Of a DNA stretch of 64,000 nucleotides, positions 12,438-25,312 are shown in pieces (the first letter of the stretch is position 1; every line of letters begins with the position of its first letter). The notes beneath the pieces are model-generated. The model made no database searches. It was given only the letters and a program-made list of their open reading frames with translations, and had not been told where the DNA came from. The DNA lies in NCBI RefSeq assembly GCF_032062105.1, contig NW_026939778.1, positions 682,001 through 746,000 of the forward strand, written 5' to 3'. The DNA is from Saccostrea cucullata. Lineage: Eukaryota. The position numbers and the translations under genes are program-made.

Positions 12438-12530
12438 GTACCAGCCACTCTAGAAGATCCAGAAGTCTATTCCAAACTGAAGGTGTCTTTTGAAGAAGCA
12501 GGGTTTACTGTTGGAGAACCACAATATTAA
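12438..12530 (+). CDS. ACSS3: Alternative (duplicated) terminal coding exon of ACSS3: VPATLEDPEVYSKLKVSFEEAGFTVGEPQY*
   Basis: Acceptor tgtgtatctgttgtag ends at 12437; phase 0 matches the donor at 10713; 30 open codons; P-x-T-[IL]-E-D-x-x-V-Y shared with exon 11252-11332. Confidence 0.8.
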   Translation, partial: VPATLEDPEVYSKLKVSFEEAGFTVGEPQY

Positions 12531-12710
12531 AAACATGCACTGAACCATATGTGTGCCTATAAGTGTGAACATACAACATTAGAGCACTGAGGAAAATGCA
12601 GCATTGGAGAATGTCCATGACAAAACAAAAAGTTATACCTCTCTTATGCCTAGAATTGGTTTGGGTAAAGTAGGCTAGCTACAGGTGTGCTAGGGCAACA
12701 CATGTTATTA

Positions 12711-12897
12711 CAGTAAAACATGCTTATAAAAGAGTGCCAGAGATGGATGATTTTGTTTTGCTATAAGCATACTAGTAATTAATCATTTCCACTAGTTTAC
12801 AAAACTAGTATATTGTAAAGTTGTATGAGGAATGAAAATCAGTTTGCTGTGAGAGACAATGCAATAGAAGTGTGTTTGCTATAAGCTTGTTTTACTG
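12711..12897. mobile_element. TA-flanked MITE (cagtaaaaca family)
   Basis: TIR cagtaaaacatgcttata / tataagcttgtttttactg with TA flanks. Confidence 0.7.
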
Positions 12898-13309
12898 TAA
12901 TTGTATAATTTTAGCAGTAGTTGTGATATATTTTGGTATATTTGTGTATGCTGTTATAGTCAGTTTTTATACATGCTTGTGTATATATGTGTCATACACT
13001 TTGTCTGATTTATCTAGTCTTCCAGAAATAAAACATTACTTTTCTTCAGATCACATATTTTATCTCCCACCCAATCTTTCACTCCCTTCCATTTTTTTTC
13101 CTTTACCCCTCCCCAATATTGATTTGAAATGTGCAAAAGTATTTAAAGATTTCTATTGCATATGTGGTTTTGCTTTGGGATAAAAATGTTATGCTAATTT
13201 GTTAGAAAATATTTTTTCAGCTGCTACTTTTATGTGATGTGTTATATTAATTAAGGAACTTGTGTAATGTCTTAACGTGTGATATGACTTCTATACTTTC
13301 TCAGACATA

Positions 13310-13500
13310 CAGTTGAACTTAAGTATCTTGAACATGGATATCTCTAATATCATGGATCTGATATGTCAATCAAAGTGATTTGAAAGCCCTAAGCATTTTT
13401 TCTTGAAGTACTTTACCCTCAATATCTTGAACCCTTTGATATCTCTAAAGGTTTATTTTAATTGATCCCATACTACATTTGAGATAATGAGGATTGACTG
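13310..13500. mobile_element. Degenerate TA-flanked MITE
   Basis: cagttgaactt..tatcttgaa / tttgagata..gattgactg with TA flanks. Confidence 0.55.
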
Positions 13501-14072
13501 TATGTACTTTATATAGGTATTCTTTTATGTAGTCATTCTTTACCAATTTACATGATGACATGAATATATGTTAATTTGGGGTCATTGAATCTATTTAATG
13601 TCATTGTCAAAATGTCAAGGTTATTGATACTGGGATCATGTTACTTTTATGTGGTACAAGAACAATTATTTACAAACAGTTACTAGGTACATGTACAAGT
13701 TTTAAAGGAACATTGTATTTTAAACTCAAGCAAGTTACTTGAGTTAAGGTCGAATTTATACATATGTTAAGGGCTCCTGAATGATTGTTTGCTTTTTAGT
13801 TTCCCAGAATTGATTCTGCATGATAACATACTGTATATGAATTGAAAAGAACTGCTTGGATTGGTTGTGATTATGTCAAAAACATGGACTCTTTCGAACA
13901 TGTTGTATATCAAATATATTTTAATCAGTGATGTCCAGTATTCTTTTTTCTCATGATCATGATAGAGATATTGTTGCTAAAAGGCACAGATGGGATTTGC
14001 ATCTATGATTAATTTTTTTTAGAAATGTTTTTCTTAATTGTTTACATAATGTTAGGCAATGAATAGTTACTA

Positions 14073-14283
14073 CTGTATACAGGGTTATTTTCGCCCCGTG
14101 ATATTTTCGCCCTTTCACATCTGAATACAAGTTTGCCCCGTTTTAAATTCACCCAAAAGATTTTTGTTTAAGATACATGTATTATACAGTTTACTTTGAA
14201 TTAGCCCTGTTTTATATTCCCCACGTCAGGCAAGGGCGAAAGGGGCGAAAATTAAATGGGGGTGAAAATTTCCCCGTATACAG
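14073..14283. mobile_element. TA-flanked MITE
   Basis: TIR ctgtatacagggttattttcgcccc / ggggtgaaaatttccccgtatacag with TA flanks. Confidence 0.8.
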
Positions 14284-15347
14284 TATATATATGCAAGTCA
14301 AATTTTCACCTACAAATTATTTGTTATTCATTGTTTTGTTATATGAGCAAATTGCCTTAAAAAAATTGTGATTAAAATAGTACAAATGTATTATACACAT
14401 GTAATGTGTCACTTTGTAATATATTTTCTTATACTGTATAAGAATTAATTTGTATAATTATATTTTTAATTAGTCATCTTTAATAAATTATGGTAAATAC
14501 TATCCCTTTGTATTTTATGTATGTTGATCACTCAATGTTATGTATGTTTCTCAAACTATCAGATTTATCATGAGCATAAATATGGCAAAAACCACTGAGC
14601 CATCTTCTTTTGATATATCTTGAGGCTCAAACTAATTTTCAAATTGTTTCAATTTGTCCCTTTCATGGCATTAAAAAAGCTATGTTCTCCCATCTTTGCT
14701 GGTAAAAAGGGTTTCCATTCCGAAATCTACCCTACAACTTAGATTTCAGATCGGACACCCTTGACCAGCAAAGAAGTGTCCCCAGATGAAATATGAAAAT
14801 TTCCAATCATGATTTTATTTTTCTTAAAACACAAAGTATCTCTTGTCCCCTTCCCACAAATTAAAATACGAGCCAATGAAAGTAAAAATTTATACAGTAG
14901 TCTGGCCTGGGAAAGATGTACTAAACTTTGAGTCTGCAAACGGGGCTTGCGAAAGCTAACAACTCGAGAGTCGGAGGTCAAAGTAGAGTGAATCATGTTT
15001 ATCTCAGTAACGCAGATTAAGCTGCATGACCAATATCTAACTATGGGTGAAAAAGTACAATTTTTCGCTCAAAAGGAATATATATTTGTATGTAGAAGGA
15101 GATATATAACTGCACAGAATGAACAGAATAAAGTTGACATGATCATTGAGCAAGCTTTTGTCACAGTGCTTACACAGAGATGCAATACATATACGGCTAC
15201 ATCGCAATCCAGTATGCAAACATGCAGTAAAGCTCTAAATGAGCATGCCTAGTATATATTTTAGTTTAAGGTTGCGTTGCTCTTCGTGTAGATTTGATCT
15301 CAACTGTTAAAATTTTTTTTGTTTCCTTTTTAAACAACCAAGTATTA

Positions 15348-16456
15348 CGGAAGCCCGTTGGTGCCACATACGAAAAATATTTTATCTGGCGGCCGCCACT
15401 TATTATTTGGCGGCCGCCACTTGTATATCTGGCGGCCGCCACATAATTATGTGGCGATCGCCACTTATTATTTGGCGGGCGCCACTTATATATCTGGCGG
15501 CCGCCACTTAATATATGGCGTTCGCCACATAATTTTTATGGTGGCCGCCACATAGTTTTTATGGCGGCCGCCACATATTTTTCTGGCGGCCGCTATATAA
15601 TATCTGGCGGCCGCCACATATTTTTCTGGCGGCCGCTATATAATATCTGGCGGCCGCTATATAACATCTGGCGGTCGCCACTTATTATTTGGCGGCCGCC
15701 ACATGTTTTATCTGGTGGCCGCCACTTATTTAATTGGTGACCGCCAAATATTTATCTGGCGGCCGCCACTTATATATCTGGCGGCCGCTACATAATATTT
15801 GGCGGCCGCCAGATAACACCTGGCTTCCTGAATCGCGCGCATGTTTTAATGTGTGGTTTAAGAGGTGGATACAGTGTAAAAATTATAATAGCAACATCAA
15901 TCAACCAAACTTGTAAGAGATTTATTATGAACCAACACTCCAATCCACACTTCTAATAGATATGTTTTTGCATAGAGCAGATTAATATTTGATTTGAATT
16001 ATGCAAGTATTTGTACTGTGTTTCGATTATTAAGAAGCCTCATCAGGGGTCACGGATATAAATCATGGTTTTTGCTGTAAGCTATGATTGGTTGAGAATT
16101 AAATGAAGTTTTGCATTTTGGATTTCCAAGAATGGTGTTCCAATATTTCAGAATTTGTTAACTTTTTTTTATCAATAAGCAGCGGTTGTGTCAACACCCA
16201 ATAACACTCACCTTTTGCAAAATAATTTATGTGGCGGCCGCCATATAAATTATTTGGCGGCCGCCAGATATATAAGTGGCGGCCGCCAGATATTAAGTGG
16301 TGGCCGCCAGATACATAAGTGGCGACCGCCAGATATATATGTGGCGGTCGCCAAATAATAAGTAACGGCCGCCAGATATATATGTGGCGGCCGCCAATTA
16401 ATAAGTGGCGGCCGCCAGATAAAATATTTTTCATACGTGGCACCAACGGGCTTCCG
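15348..16456. mobile_element. Foldback-type TA-flanked element with arms made of TGGCGGCCGCCA repeats
   Basis: TIR cggaagcccgttggtgccac / gtggcaccaacgggcttccg with TA flanks; about 20 units (21-23 bp) in the left arm and about 9 inverted units in the right arm; AT-rich spacer about 15815-16225. Confidence 0.88.
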
Positions 16457-17778
16457 TAAAGTATTGTCAGCTTCTAAAGACAAGTCGCAATGACAATTTA
16501 TTACACATTCATGACTACATGTATATAATTCCCTTGTAAAGAAATCTACAGATAAAATGAAGTGTTTAGTTTTTATCTTTTTTATTAGCATGCAAGTGAT
16601 TAAACACACATTCATCAAGAACATGCCTTCAAAAAGTGTGCCAATACATGTGAAAATCTCTTTGTGATCTAATACAAAGTTTTACACAAGTACTACAATA
16701 CTACATGGTGCACCAAGCGAAATATAAAAAAGAATAAGTGCACCATCATCTTTTTTCAACTCTTTCATCTTTCAAGGACACATTCAGTTTTGTGATGTAT
16801 GCTTTTCATTTACTATAGTATTTTTTCATTGATTTCATTTCTTTTAAATGGTTAAATAATATTTTTTTTAAATATAAATGTACATATGTGAATTTGATTT
16901 AAAACACAAGATCAAATATTGAGAAGTTTTAACTTCATATAAACAAATATTATAAACGTTAATTAAAATGATATGTCACTCAAGTTGGATACTTTAATGG
17001 CACCACATGAAGAAGAATCACTTTTCCAATTTCTATTGCACTCGAGTACCTTCATTTCTCAATAAATTTAATTGATACAAAAGACAGAAAAGAAAAGATA
17101 CACAATAACACAATTGTCCAGTTTGGGACTTTTTATACCACTATATTCATGCATATAGCACCTAGCTTTCATGACTGCAGAAATATTGCATGCTGTTTTT
17201 TTAAACAAAACTGAAAAAATATGTATTTTAAAAATAATAAAGTTTCCAGAACATTAGATATATATATATTATTATGTTTGCTAAATATAATACTGCATTT
17301 CAATATCAATACATAATAAATTTCAGAGACAGGGAAAATAGTCTAGATCTTGACATGTTGAGCAGCTTTAGTTTACAGTTGTTTCTAAATCTGATAAATA
17401 TTAAGGACCTTGAAAGCGGGAAATATTCAAAAGCATCAATATTTGTGTGCACATTATCATTTTTTAGAAAAAAGCACACAAGCAATTCCAAAGTCAGAAA
17501 AACCATTCTATAATGAAGTTGGTATATAAATCAGTATTTAAAGTTAACCACATTAGTTTTCAGTTAAAAAAAAAGAGCCTTCAAAGAAAGTCCATCTTGA
17601 TATATAATCTGAAATTCATTAATTATAATTACATGTATATATAAATGTATGCTGTAAAATAAGTTTACATATAATGTAAAAAAAACTCTAAAAAATGTTG
17701 TAGTTAGTTTGTTCCATGACATCCAATGTAAGACATCCTTCTGCAGCTACACAATGAGGTCTATGTTTTAGTGGCTGG

Positions 17779-19990
17779 TTACTTCAGTAGGGCTTTCACA
17801 TCCTCTTTTTCTGCACATTCTATTAAAGACTGTCCATCTGGCGATGTCACCGTTTTATCAGCACCCTGTAAAATCAACAAGACTTGAAGAAAAGTTTGGA
17901 TGGTAAAAATTTCAGGGAATTTATCTCCCTTGCTTTAAGGACAAATGTTTATTTGAGAAATATGAAGCAATTTAAAAGTGACTTCAACCTTTGACTGTTT
18001 CAGAGACATGTGCCAAGTTTGCTTGAAATTGGCCCAATTAGTGGTTTTGGAGAAAACGAAAATGTTAAAAGTTAACAACAACGAGGACAGCAACAACAAT
18101 AATAGACGACAGAAAAGCTTCACTCACCTCTCTTGAGCCTTTGGCTCAGGTGAGCTAGAAACAACTTGTTATATATTTGTGTATTTTATCACTAATATCT
18201 CTAAATTTGAGGGCACTTACTAGTTTAAGTAATGTTTCTACACTGGACACATGACCCTCCCATACTGCTGCCAGCAATGGAGTTATGTTGTGTTTGTCCT
18301 TTTGCTGTGGAATATAAAGAGATTATTGAGTTGTATGTACACTGCAATATGTTTAAAAATATTAGTCATACAATTTTATGAAGACTATTGTAAACCTTTT
18401 TAAGGGTCTCTGTGTCTTAGCTCTAAATTTCTATATCTTGTGTGTTTTAAAATTTCAGATGAAACATTGGTACAGGAATTTGTAAAAATCATAGACAGTG
18501 GTATGACTGAAGGATTTTTTTTTTGCTGATAATTCGACAAATTCTTGAATTTGTACCATCCTTTCATGAACATTTTAACATAGAGTCGTAACCTTGTTGT
18601 CTATGACTGGAAAGGGCAAGAAAAGCTTTGTGATAATTGGGCCAAAACAAAAAATAGTCTTGTTTCCTGCTACCCGACCTACCCTATTTTTTTGCACCCG
18701 ACCCTAAAGTTTTTTTTTAAGTTTTGGGGGAAAAAAATTGGGAATTTCAGGAATTTCATTTTCAAAAAGAAAAAATATATTAAAGCAGGTGGTATTTCAT
18801 GAAACTGTATGTAAAGATGTGTTAATATCTAATTTTAAAATATAATGTTGACCTATATGACATATTTTATTTGGTTATGTATTAGTTCATATCCAAAAAA
18901 TACCACTGGAAAAAATAAAATAATTTTAAAACATAAAATAATTTCCTACCTACCTACCCTATTTTTTTCAGGCTGGTAGCAGGAAACAAGACTATTATTT
19001 TTTTTGGCCTTGTATGTTAACAAATAAAACATAATAGAGATAAAATATACCCACATTGATATTGGCTCCTTTGCTGACAAGGTACTCAATAACTTGTGAC
19101 TGTCCATAGTCTGCAGCAAAGTGTAGAGGGTACCTGCCCTCCACCTCTTGGTTTACTATATCAGTACCCTAAAAGAGATCATTCACAGTTAATATCATTA
19201 TGAAAGAAATCAGTCAGGCAGCCACAAACATGCTATGGATTATATTACCACAACCTCAATATGGACACACAGAATGTGAATTTTTAAAGATGACATTCTA
19301 TGTCAAAATAGTGACAGTTATTCAGCTACCAGTACCAGCTAAACAGGGATATATTCAAGTACTCTGTCTTAGGAAAATCATTGCTTAAAAAATCGAAAAT
19401 GGTGAGTTAGTAGATAGAATGTTCTTTTACTGACATAATTTTGTCCTACAGATCTGAAAAGACTGTTCTGAGACAGAGTTAGATTAATCAACCTGATGTT
19501 CAAGTGGAATATGGGGAAATAAATGAAAACAAATCAAGGAAGGGATCCAATTTCCTAAGGGCTTCTCTCTTGTGTTTTGCAGGCTAGTAGTTGGAATATT
19601 GTTTTTTTTAAATAAAGAATGTCAAATTTAATGGCTTACTCTCCTGGAGAAAGCCCCTGTGATTGCACTAAGCAACATGTACAGGTATTCAGATACCCAA
19701 ACTGCCCCACCCCTTTCTTTACAAATCTACAATTCATAGTTTTACAACCTTTATTAGGAAAAATTTTTTTTTTACTATAAACAGGTATTTCTTTTACAAG
19801 TATACAATCATGTAATGCTAGTGCAGGACACGAGGTGCATGTCGATATTGTCAAACTATGCACTTTCAATATTGCACATGCTCACTTTCAAGTTATGCAT
19901 AACTTCATTTTTTATTGTTACCTTCTCTTCTACAAATTTCTGAACATCGTTTATTTGTCCGTTTTTAACATCCCAAATAAAACTTGTCAT
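17779..19990 (-). CDS. MTPN: Myotrophin (V-1), ankyrin-repeat capping-protein regulator, 117 aa
   Basis: Exons 19990-19922, 19168-19055, 18304-18221, 17865-17779, all phase 0: MTSFIWDVKNGQINDVQKFVEEK/GTDIVNQEVEGRYPLHFAADYGQSQVIEYLVSKGANIN/QKDKHNITPLLAAVWEGHVSSVETLLKL/GADKTVTSPDGQSLIECAEKEDVKALLK*. Confidence 0.95.
17930..18160 (-). mobile_element. HINE-like 5' fragment in MTPN intron
   Basis: gagcctttggctcaggtgagcta terminus with adjacent microsatellite remnant. Confidence 0.55.
18640..19009. mobile_element. MITE with GGCC termini (possibly Kolobok-like)
   Basis: About 35-bp TIR ggccaaaacaaaaaatagtcttgtttcctgctacc / ggtagcaggaaacaagactattattttttttggcc. Confidence 0.75.
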
Positions 19991-20039
19991 TTTTCGTTAA
20001 ATAAATAAGGAAATCACAAAATAATCAGGGAGTTTTCGG

Positions 20040-20135
20040 TATAAAATGAAACCGGAAGCGATCCACAGTTGACTCCTACGGTAACAAAATATTTGATTGG
20101 ATGGAGAAATATGTTCATTGACCAATCAATTACCT
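20040..20135 (-). promoter_or_regulatory. Putative MTPN core promoter
   Basis: ETS-type CCGGAAG (~20052) and two CCAAT boxes (gattgg ~20095, ccaatc ~20122) 60-140 bp upstream of the ATG. Confidence 0.45.
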
Positions 20136-23100
20136 TTTCCCAGATCCAAAATTTGTCAACTCGCGTTTAGAATTTTTCGTACATGTAATTATGGCAGAAC
20201 ATAAAAAAATTCCAATTTGGGGGGAGGGGGGGATAAGTGTTTTACAAACATCTCTTGTTCAGTTTATAACGCAGCCACATTTGAGGCCTGTTCTTTCCTT
20301 GTAAAAAATGCGGACAGTTACTAAATAAAGAGAAAGGATATGTCCAATAGCTTTGTTTGACGAAACCAACTAAAACAATTTTAGACTTTTGAAGCTCGAC
20401 AAAATCCGCATGGTTAACATACGGCAGTTGGTTAAAGTGGTTGACTGGTTTAGACAGACCAGGTAATTGACTGATAGTCAGGCTTACATTAATATTGAAA
20501 ATACACCTCTCAAGATTAAAAATAAGAAAGACAGAACAATTCTTTTCAACTCGTTTTCTTGCACATTATTTATGTACATTTAAATTGAATGTTTATACAT
20601 GTAAATATTCACAAATCTGGTATCTTTAGCTTTTTGCAACAATTTAAAAAACTTGTATCTGTATATATACTAATGGTTTTAAGGTAGTGTTACGGATTTC
20701 GATACTTGAGAGGACATATTATTTTTCATAAGGTTAAATTGAATTTTACCAATTTTCGATTTTTGATGTTCATATATAAAGCTGAATTATGATTTTTGAA
20801 GTCTCGCACTAATCCAATATTAAGTTTTTTTTTTTGGAAGGGGGAGGTATATCGTTACAGAAATTAAGCATTACGGTTTGAAGTTAGTTTCCAGCAATAG
20901 AAATTGAAATTCTTGGCATTAAATAAAATTATCGTTTGTTTTAAGAGAGCCGACTGGGGTTCTATAGTGTTAAATCTACAATAGAGAAACTCTTTAAGAA
21001 TGCAATTACACTTGAAATTAAAAAAAACTCAGCAATATTCGATAGTTAACCAAAATCCGGGGAAATCCTTTGATTTCAGTGAGGTGTATACTCTCGTATT
21101 TTCCCCTAACACTGATTCTGTTGATTTTCATTTATTTTTTTATCGTTAATTCTAAATCGTTTCTAAGTATTTTTTTTTTAAATTGAATGATGAGAACGCT
21201 TTACAGTATTACTCCTGTCTCGCTCTCTTCTTTCTTTCTTTTCTTTCTATCTTTTTTTTTTTTTGAAAAATGATGTGGACGTTTGTGCGTACAAACGTAC
21301 GCCTGGCTACGCGCCTGCCCTTGGACTTCACAAATTCCAATTATTTGTAGTTTCTGTTCATATTTTTGCAGAGGTTGCACATACTGAAGTGAAATTTAGC
21401 ATACAGATTTATCAGAAAAAAATATCTAGGTCAAGTTCTGTTTTGGATATAATTGCAGTGCCTTTTTGACAGAGTTATGCCCATTTGAACATAAAAAAAT
21501 TCCAATTTGGGGGGAGGGGGGCATAAGTGTCTTTTTTTTTTTTTTTTGTAAAATGATGTGGACGTTTGTGCGTACAAACGTACGTCTGGCTACGCGCCTG
21601 ATTTCTTGTCGTATTTTTTACAATTCCGATATGCATAACAGGTAATATCTTAAAAAGTCTTTGTGTGAAAATGTTGTAATTCATATTTTTTGAAAGAAAT
21701 TATTCATCTCTTTATTTTAACAAAGAAAAAAGTATACCTTTATGATAAAATAAACGAGAAATATGACGTTTTCTTTTATTTTCATACTATTGTGTCATAG
21801 ATATTGACCTTTCTGCATTAAAAAGGTAGGTAAGCACTGACAAATATCTGAATATAAAACTATTTTGCGAAAAACGGGTATTTTGTTTTGATTAGAAACA
21901 ATTAAAACAGATTAATTCTTTTCTTCTTTATTCTAATAATTCTGTTTCTCCCCCCCCCCCCCCCCCCCATTTCCCTGTCAACAACCAACACCTATTAGAA
22001 CCTAAGAATGACTTAATTATAAAATCTACATGTACCATAAATCAGTAAGCAAATATAGGTACGTTTCTTAATTTTTTTCTTAGTTTTATCCAGAAAATAC
22101 AATTAATGTAAACATAAAATTTAACATCATTCCCTGATTTTAGCCGCTTTCTTTGCTGAATTTTATCTTTTTGCACTTATATATCAGCATATCATCGAGC
22201 AACTAAAATTGCTATGAATTATCAACCAAAGGAAGATAATTCTAATATTCACAAACTCCATAAATCAAATAAAACTGTTATTAATGATGAATAAATTCTT
22301 TTTGTAAATTGTGTACGTTATTTATTATTAACAATGTTATGCCTATATCAAACTTGCATAGTGGTAGAGTATTTTGAAATCATTTCCAAATAAGTTGAGT
22401 TTAATATTTTTTTTATTTAGAAAAAGGCTTTCGAAAATGACTCTTGAAATAATGAATGGGGTACACATTACATTCCTTTCGTCAAAACTTGAATTACGTT
22501 TAAAACATATATTTATAAAAACAAAATTAATTCGTTAAATGAAAGAGCCCGCTAGATCTTGCTCATTTAAGAGCTGAAAAATGGTTTTCAGAATGCACTA
22601 GAACCCAAGAAAATTTACCCAACTTAATTATAATTTTTTTTAATTGAGGGACGGAAAACCACTCTCACACCCATCCCCCTTTTTTTACAATCACACACAC
22701 CAGCAAATAAACTCCTGTAAAATGTAAAGATGTGAAGGTAAGGGTTAAACAGAAACTAATGTAACAAAATAAAATACTAATAATAAAACACAACGGGGGT
22801 GGGTGGTTGGTTAATTATATACATTGTTATATTAGTTTGTTATCCAAACCAATTTTTATGTCCCGTCATTGTCCGGGCATAAATAGTTTGTCATGTCCAT
22901 CCGTCCCGCTTTCACGGCCAGGAACACGTTAAGTTCCAAGACAGTACCGTTGTCAGAAACATTTAAAGTTAAGCACTAAAAATGGCTCGTTGTCATGAAA
23001 ATACAGGTAAGGTTATGACAAAAACTGTCCGGTGTCATTACTTTAGAAGACAGGTCGTAAGCAGTTTTTCATTTTTTAAGTTAAATAATTCAACCAATGT

Positions 23101-23441
23101 CTGAAATTGCAATGGGGAATAGGACTGACACCCCTTTTGGTGTTGTATGAATTTCAGCCGTTAAAATGAAGTAATAAAAGAGGAGTTTGCGTTGGCGATA
23201 TTAAAACCTGGTGAAATCAAAACTTGATTTCATTCATTTTCCTTCTGAGATGTTATATTTTTTGTAAATAGAATATCATATATGTACCAATTGATGCAGT
23301 CAGTATCAGGACATGTTATAAGCCTTTACGGGAAAAAATAAAACAAATAAAAACTGAAATATTTGATTTATTATAATTTATGTCCGTTGTCATGACAAGA
23401 TACGAAAATTTAGTCCGTTGTCATCGGTCCGTTGTCGCTAC

Positions 23442-23727
23442 CACAGGCACCTGAAGTATGGATAATACCCCCCTTTTTTGAATGAAAAAAAATGTAAGAA
23501 TGTATAATATCTCGAAAAGAATGGCCCCATTCGGTATAATAAAATTTTTTATTATACCGAATGGGGCCATTCTTTAAACGTGAGAAAAAGTACAATCTGT
23601 TTGCATATAACGGCATATAGATATGTTTGACGGGGAAATTTTATATTTTCGAGGTATTATACATTCTTACATTTTTTTCATTCAAAAAAAGGGGGGGGGG
23701 GTATTATCCATACTGCAGGTACCTGTG
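23442..23727. mobile_element. MITE with 7-bp TSD (P-element-like)
   Basis: Termini CACAGG..CCTGTG, ~75-bp TIR, TSD TCGCTAC on both sides. Confidence 0.8.
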
Positions 23728-23782
23728 TCGCTACTTGACTGTACGTATACACTAGGAAGTAGGTCGAATTTAGTTTTTTAAT

Positions 23783-24613
23783 CAGGCACGTAGCATCGTT
23801 TCTGAAAGTGGGGGGGGGGGGCAACCTGAGAAAATTTTTTTTTAATTTACCTAAAAAAAAGATGACAAGCAAAAAAAAAACGCATTTTTTTTCTTGCCCA
23901 AACTCGAAAATCCTATTTCGTGGGGAGGGGGGGGGGTGGTAGTGGCCAACTTTTTTTTCAATTTAGACCAACTTCCTTTAGGCCATAATAAATAAATTGC
24001 TAGATTCTCATCCGAATTTTATAAAAAATCGAGGCGGGCGGGTGGCTTTTATTTTATATTTTTTATTTTCAATTTTGCAGATTTTTTATTGACCTGGTCA
24101 CATGGTGTAATTTTATCTACAATACCCGAATAAAAGTCACTGTAAAGGTTTAGTTATCTCTTACTTCACATCATCATCAATCTTTTTCGACGAATGACCC
24201 TTGTTTAAAATATATAGGCATGTATTACAGCAGTTACCATCTTTTCAGCTGTCAAAATCATGTCAACTTTCGCGGGATTTAAAAAGAAAGTAGAATGGTA
24301 GATGATTAAATACTGATCCTGATCAGAATTAAGACGAAGAAAAACAGAAATAAAAGAAATCGAGGCGGAGGTATAAAATCGGGGCGGGTGGGGATGAGAA
24401 TCTAGGAATATTTTTATTATGGCCTTAACTTCCATTTTTTTCCCATATATCCTTGCTATGGATATACTGTGGTAAAAATTTGGGGGGGGGGGGGAGGGGG
24501 GCAACCATCTTTTCAACGGACATTTTCTATAGTAAAGGTAATGTTGGGGGAAAAAGTGGAGGGGGGGTGGCCCCCCCTGCCCCCCCTCCCTGTTGCCTGT
24601 TGCTACGTGCCTG
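23783..24613. mobile_element. MITE (caggcacgtagca TIR) containing a nested GGCC-ended MITE at 23981-24424
   Basis: TIR caggcacgtagca / tgctacgtgcctg flanked by TTAAT; inner TIR ggccataataaa..ctagattctcatcc / ggatgagaatctag..tttattatggcc. Confidence 0.75.
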
Positions 24614-24939
24614 TTAATGCTTTGATAAATTTCAAACATGCCTTAAATAAATGGGTGAACTAATTAGTCATAAGAAACTAAACGTATGCTATTTTCTATA
24701 TTTCATATAATGTTCAGCTTTTGTTTGTAATATGTATATGGGCTTCAGCCTTTTTTCTTAAAAAAACTAATTTCAAAGTGAAGGAAGAAATATGCTCGAT
24801 AACTCTCGATTCCTGCCTACATTTTGCACTCATTTTGTTTAATATTAATGGCAATTTGGCCATAAAATCGTTTTTAATACAAAGAACAGTTAAGTGGTAT
24901 TTGATGAATTGTTTTAATATCAGCACAAATTCACAAAAA

Positions 24940-25312
24940 TGAGCTTAACCTAGTTTCACAATTGATAAACTAGGTTTATCGACTGTAAACTATAGTTTAC
25001 AAACCGTAAACTATAGTTAACGATTCGTAAAGTATAGTTTTCATCTGTAAAACTATATTTAACGGTTGTTAACTATAGTTTACGAATGATAATCTAAGTT
25101 TATCTGTCTGTAATAAGCGTTAACAATAGATTTTGTTGATAAACAAAGATTCACGTTTGTAAACTATAGTTTACAATCGTAAACTATAGTTAAGAGTTAT
25201 TAATCATAGTTTCACAAATCTTAAAACTATATTTTATCAGATCGTTAACTATAGTTAACGGTTTACAAATCGTGAAACTGTATTTATCAGATAATCTATG
25301 ATTACAAGTTAC
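24940..25312. repeat. Degenerate ~21-22-bp tandem repeat with palindromic AACTATAGTT core
   Basis: More than 12 recognisable copies of (a)aactatagtt. Confidence 0.75.

Noticed and set aside
11252-12530. Peroxisomal targeting or stop-codon readthrough via the alternative C-termini
   Set aside because: The ends are AKE and PQY, not PTS1; the SKL in exon B is internal; exon A ends in TAATAA.
15358-16624. ORFs with WRPP/GGRH repeats resembling WRPW motifs
   Set aside because: By-products of translating the TGGCGGCCGCCA palindrome on both strands.
20260-20465. Divergent gene sharing the MTPN promoter
   Set aside because: A donor-like cag/gtaatt exists at ~20463, but the frames are short and no downstream exon could be linked.
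22913-22960. RSS (heptamer-12/23-nonamer) or intact RAG-like transposon
   Set aside because: Only CAC matches the heptamer, there is no nonamer at 12 or 23 bp, the TIRs are symmetric, and no RAG1/RAG2-like ORF is present.
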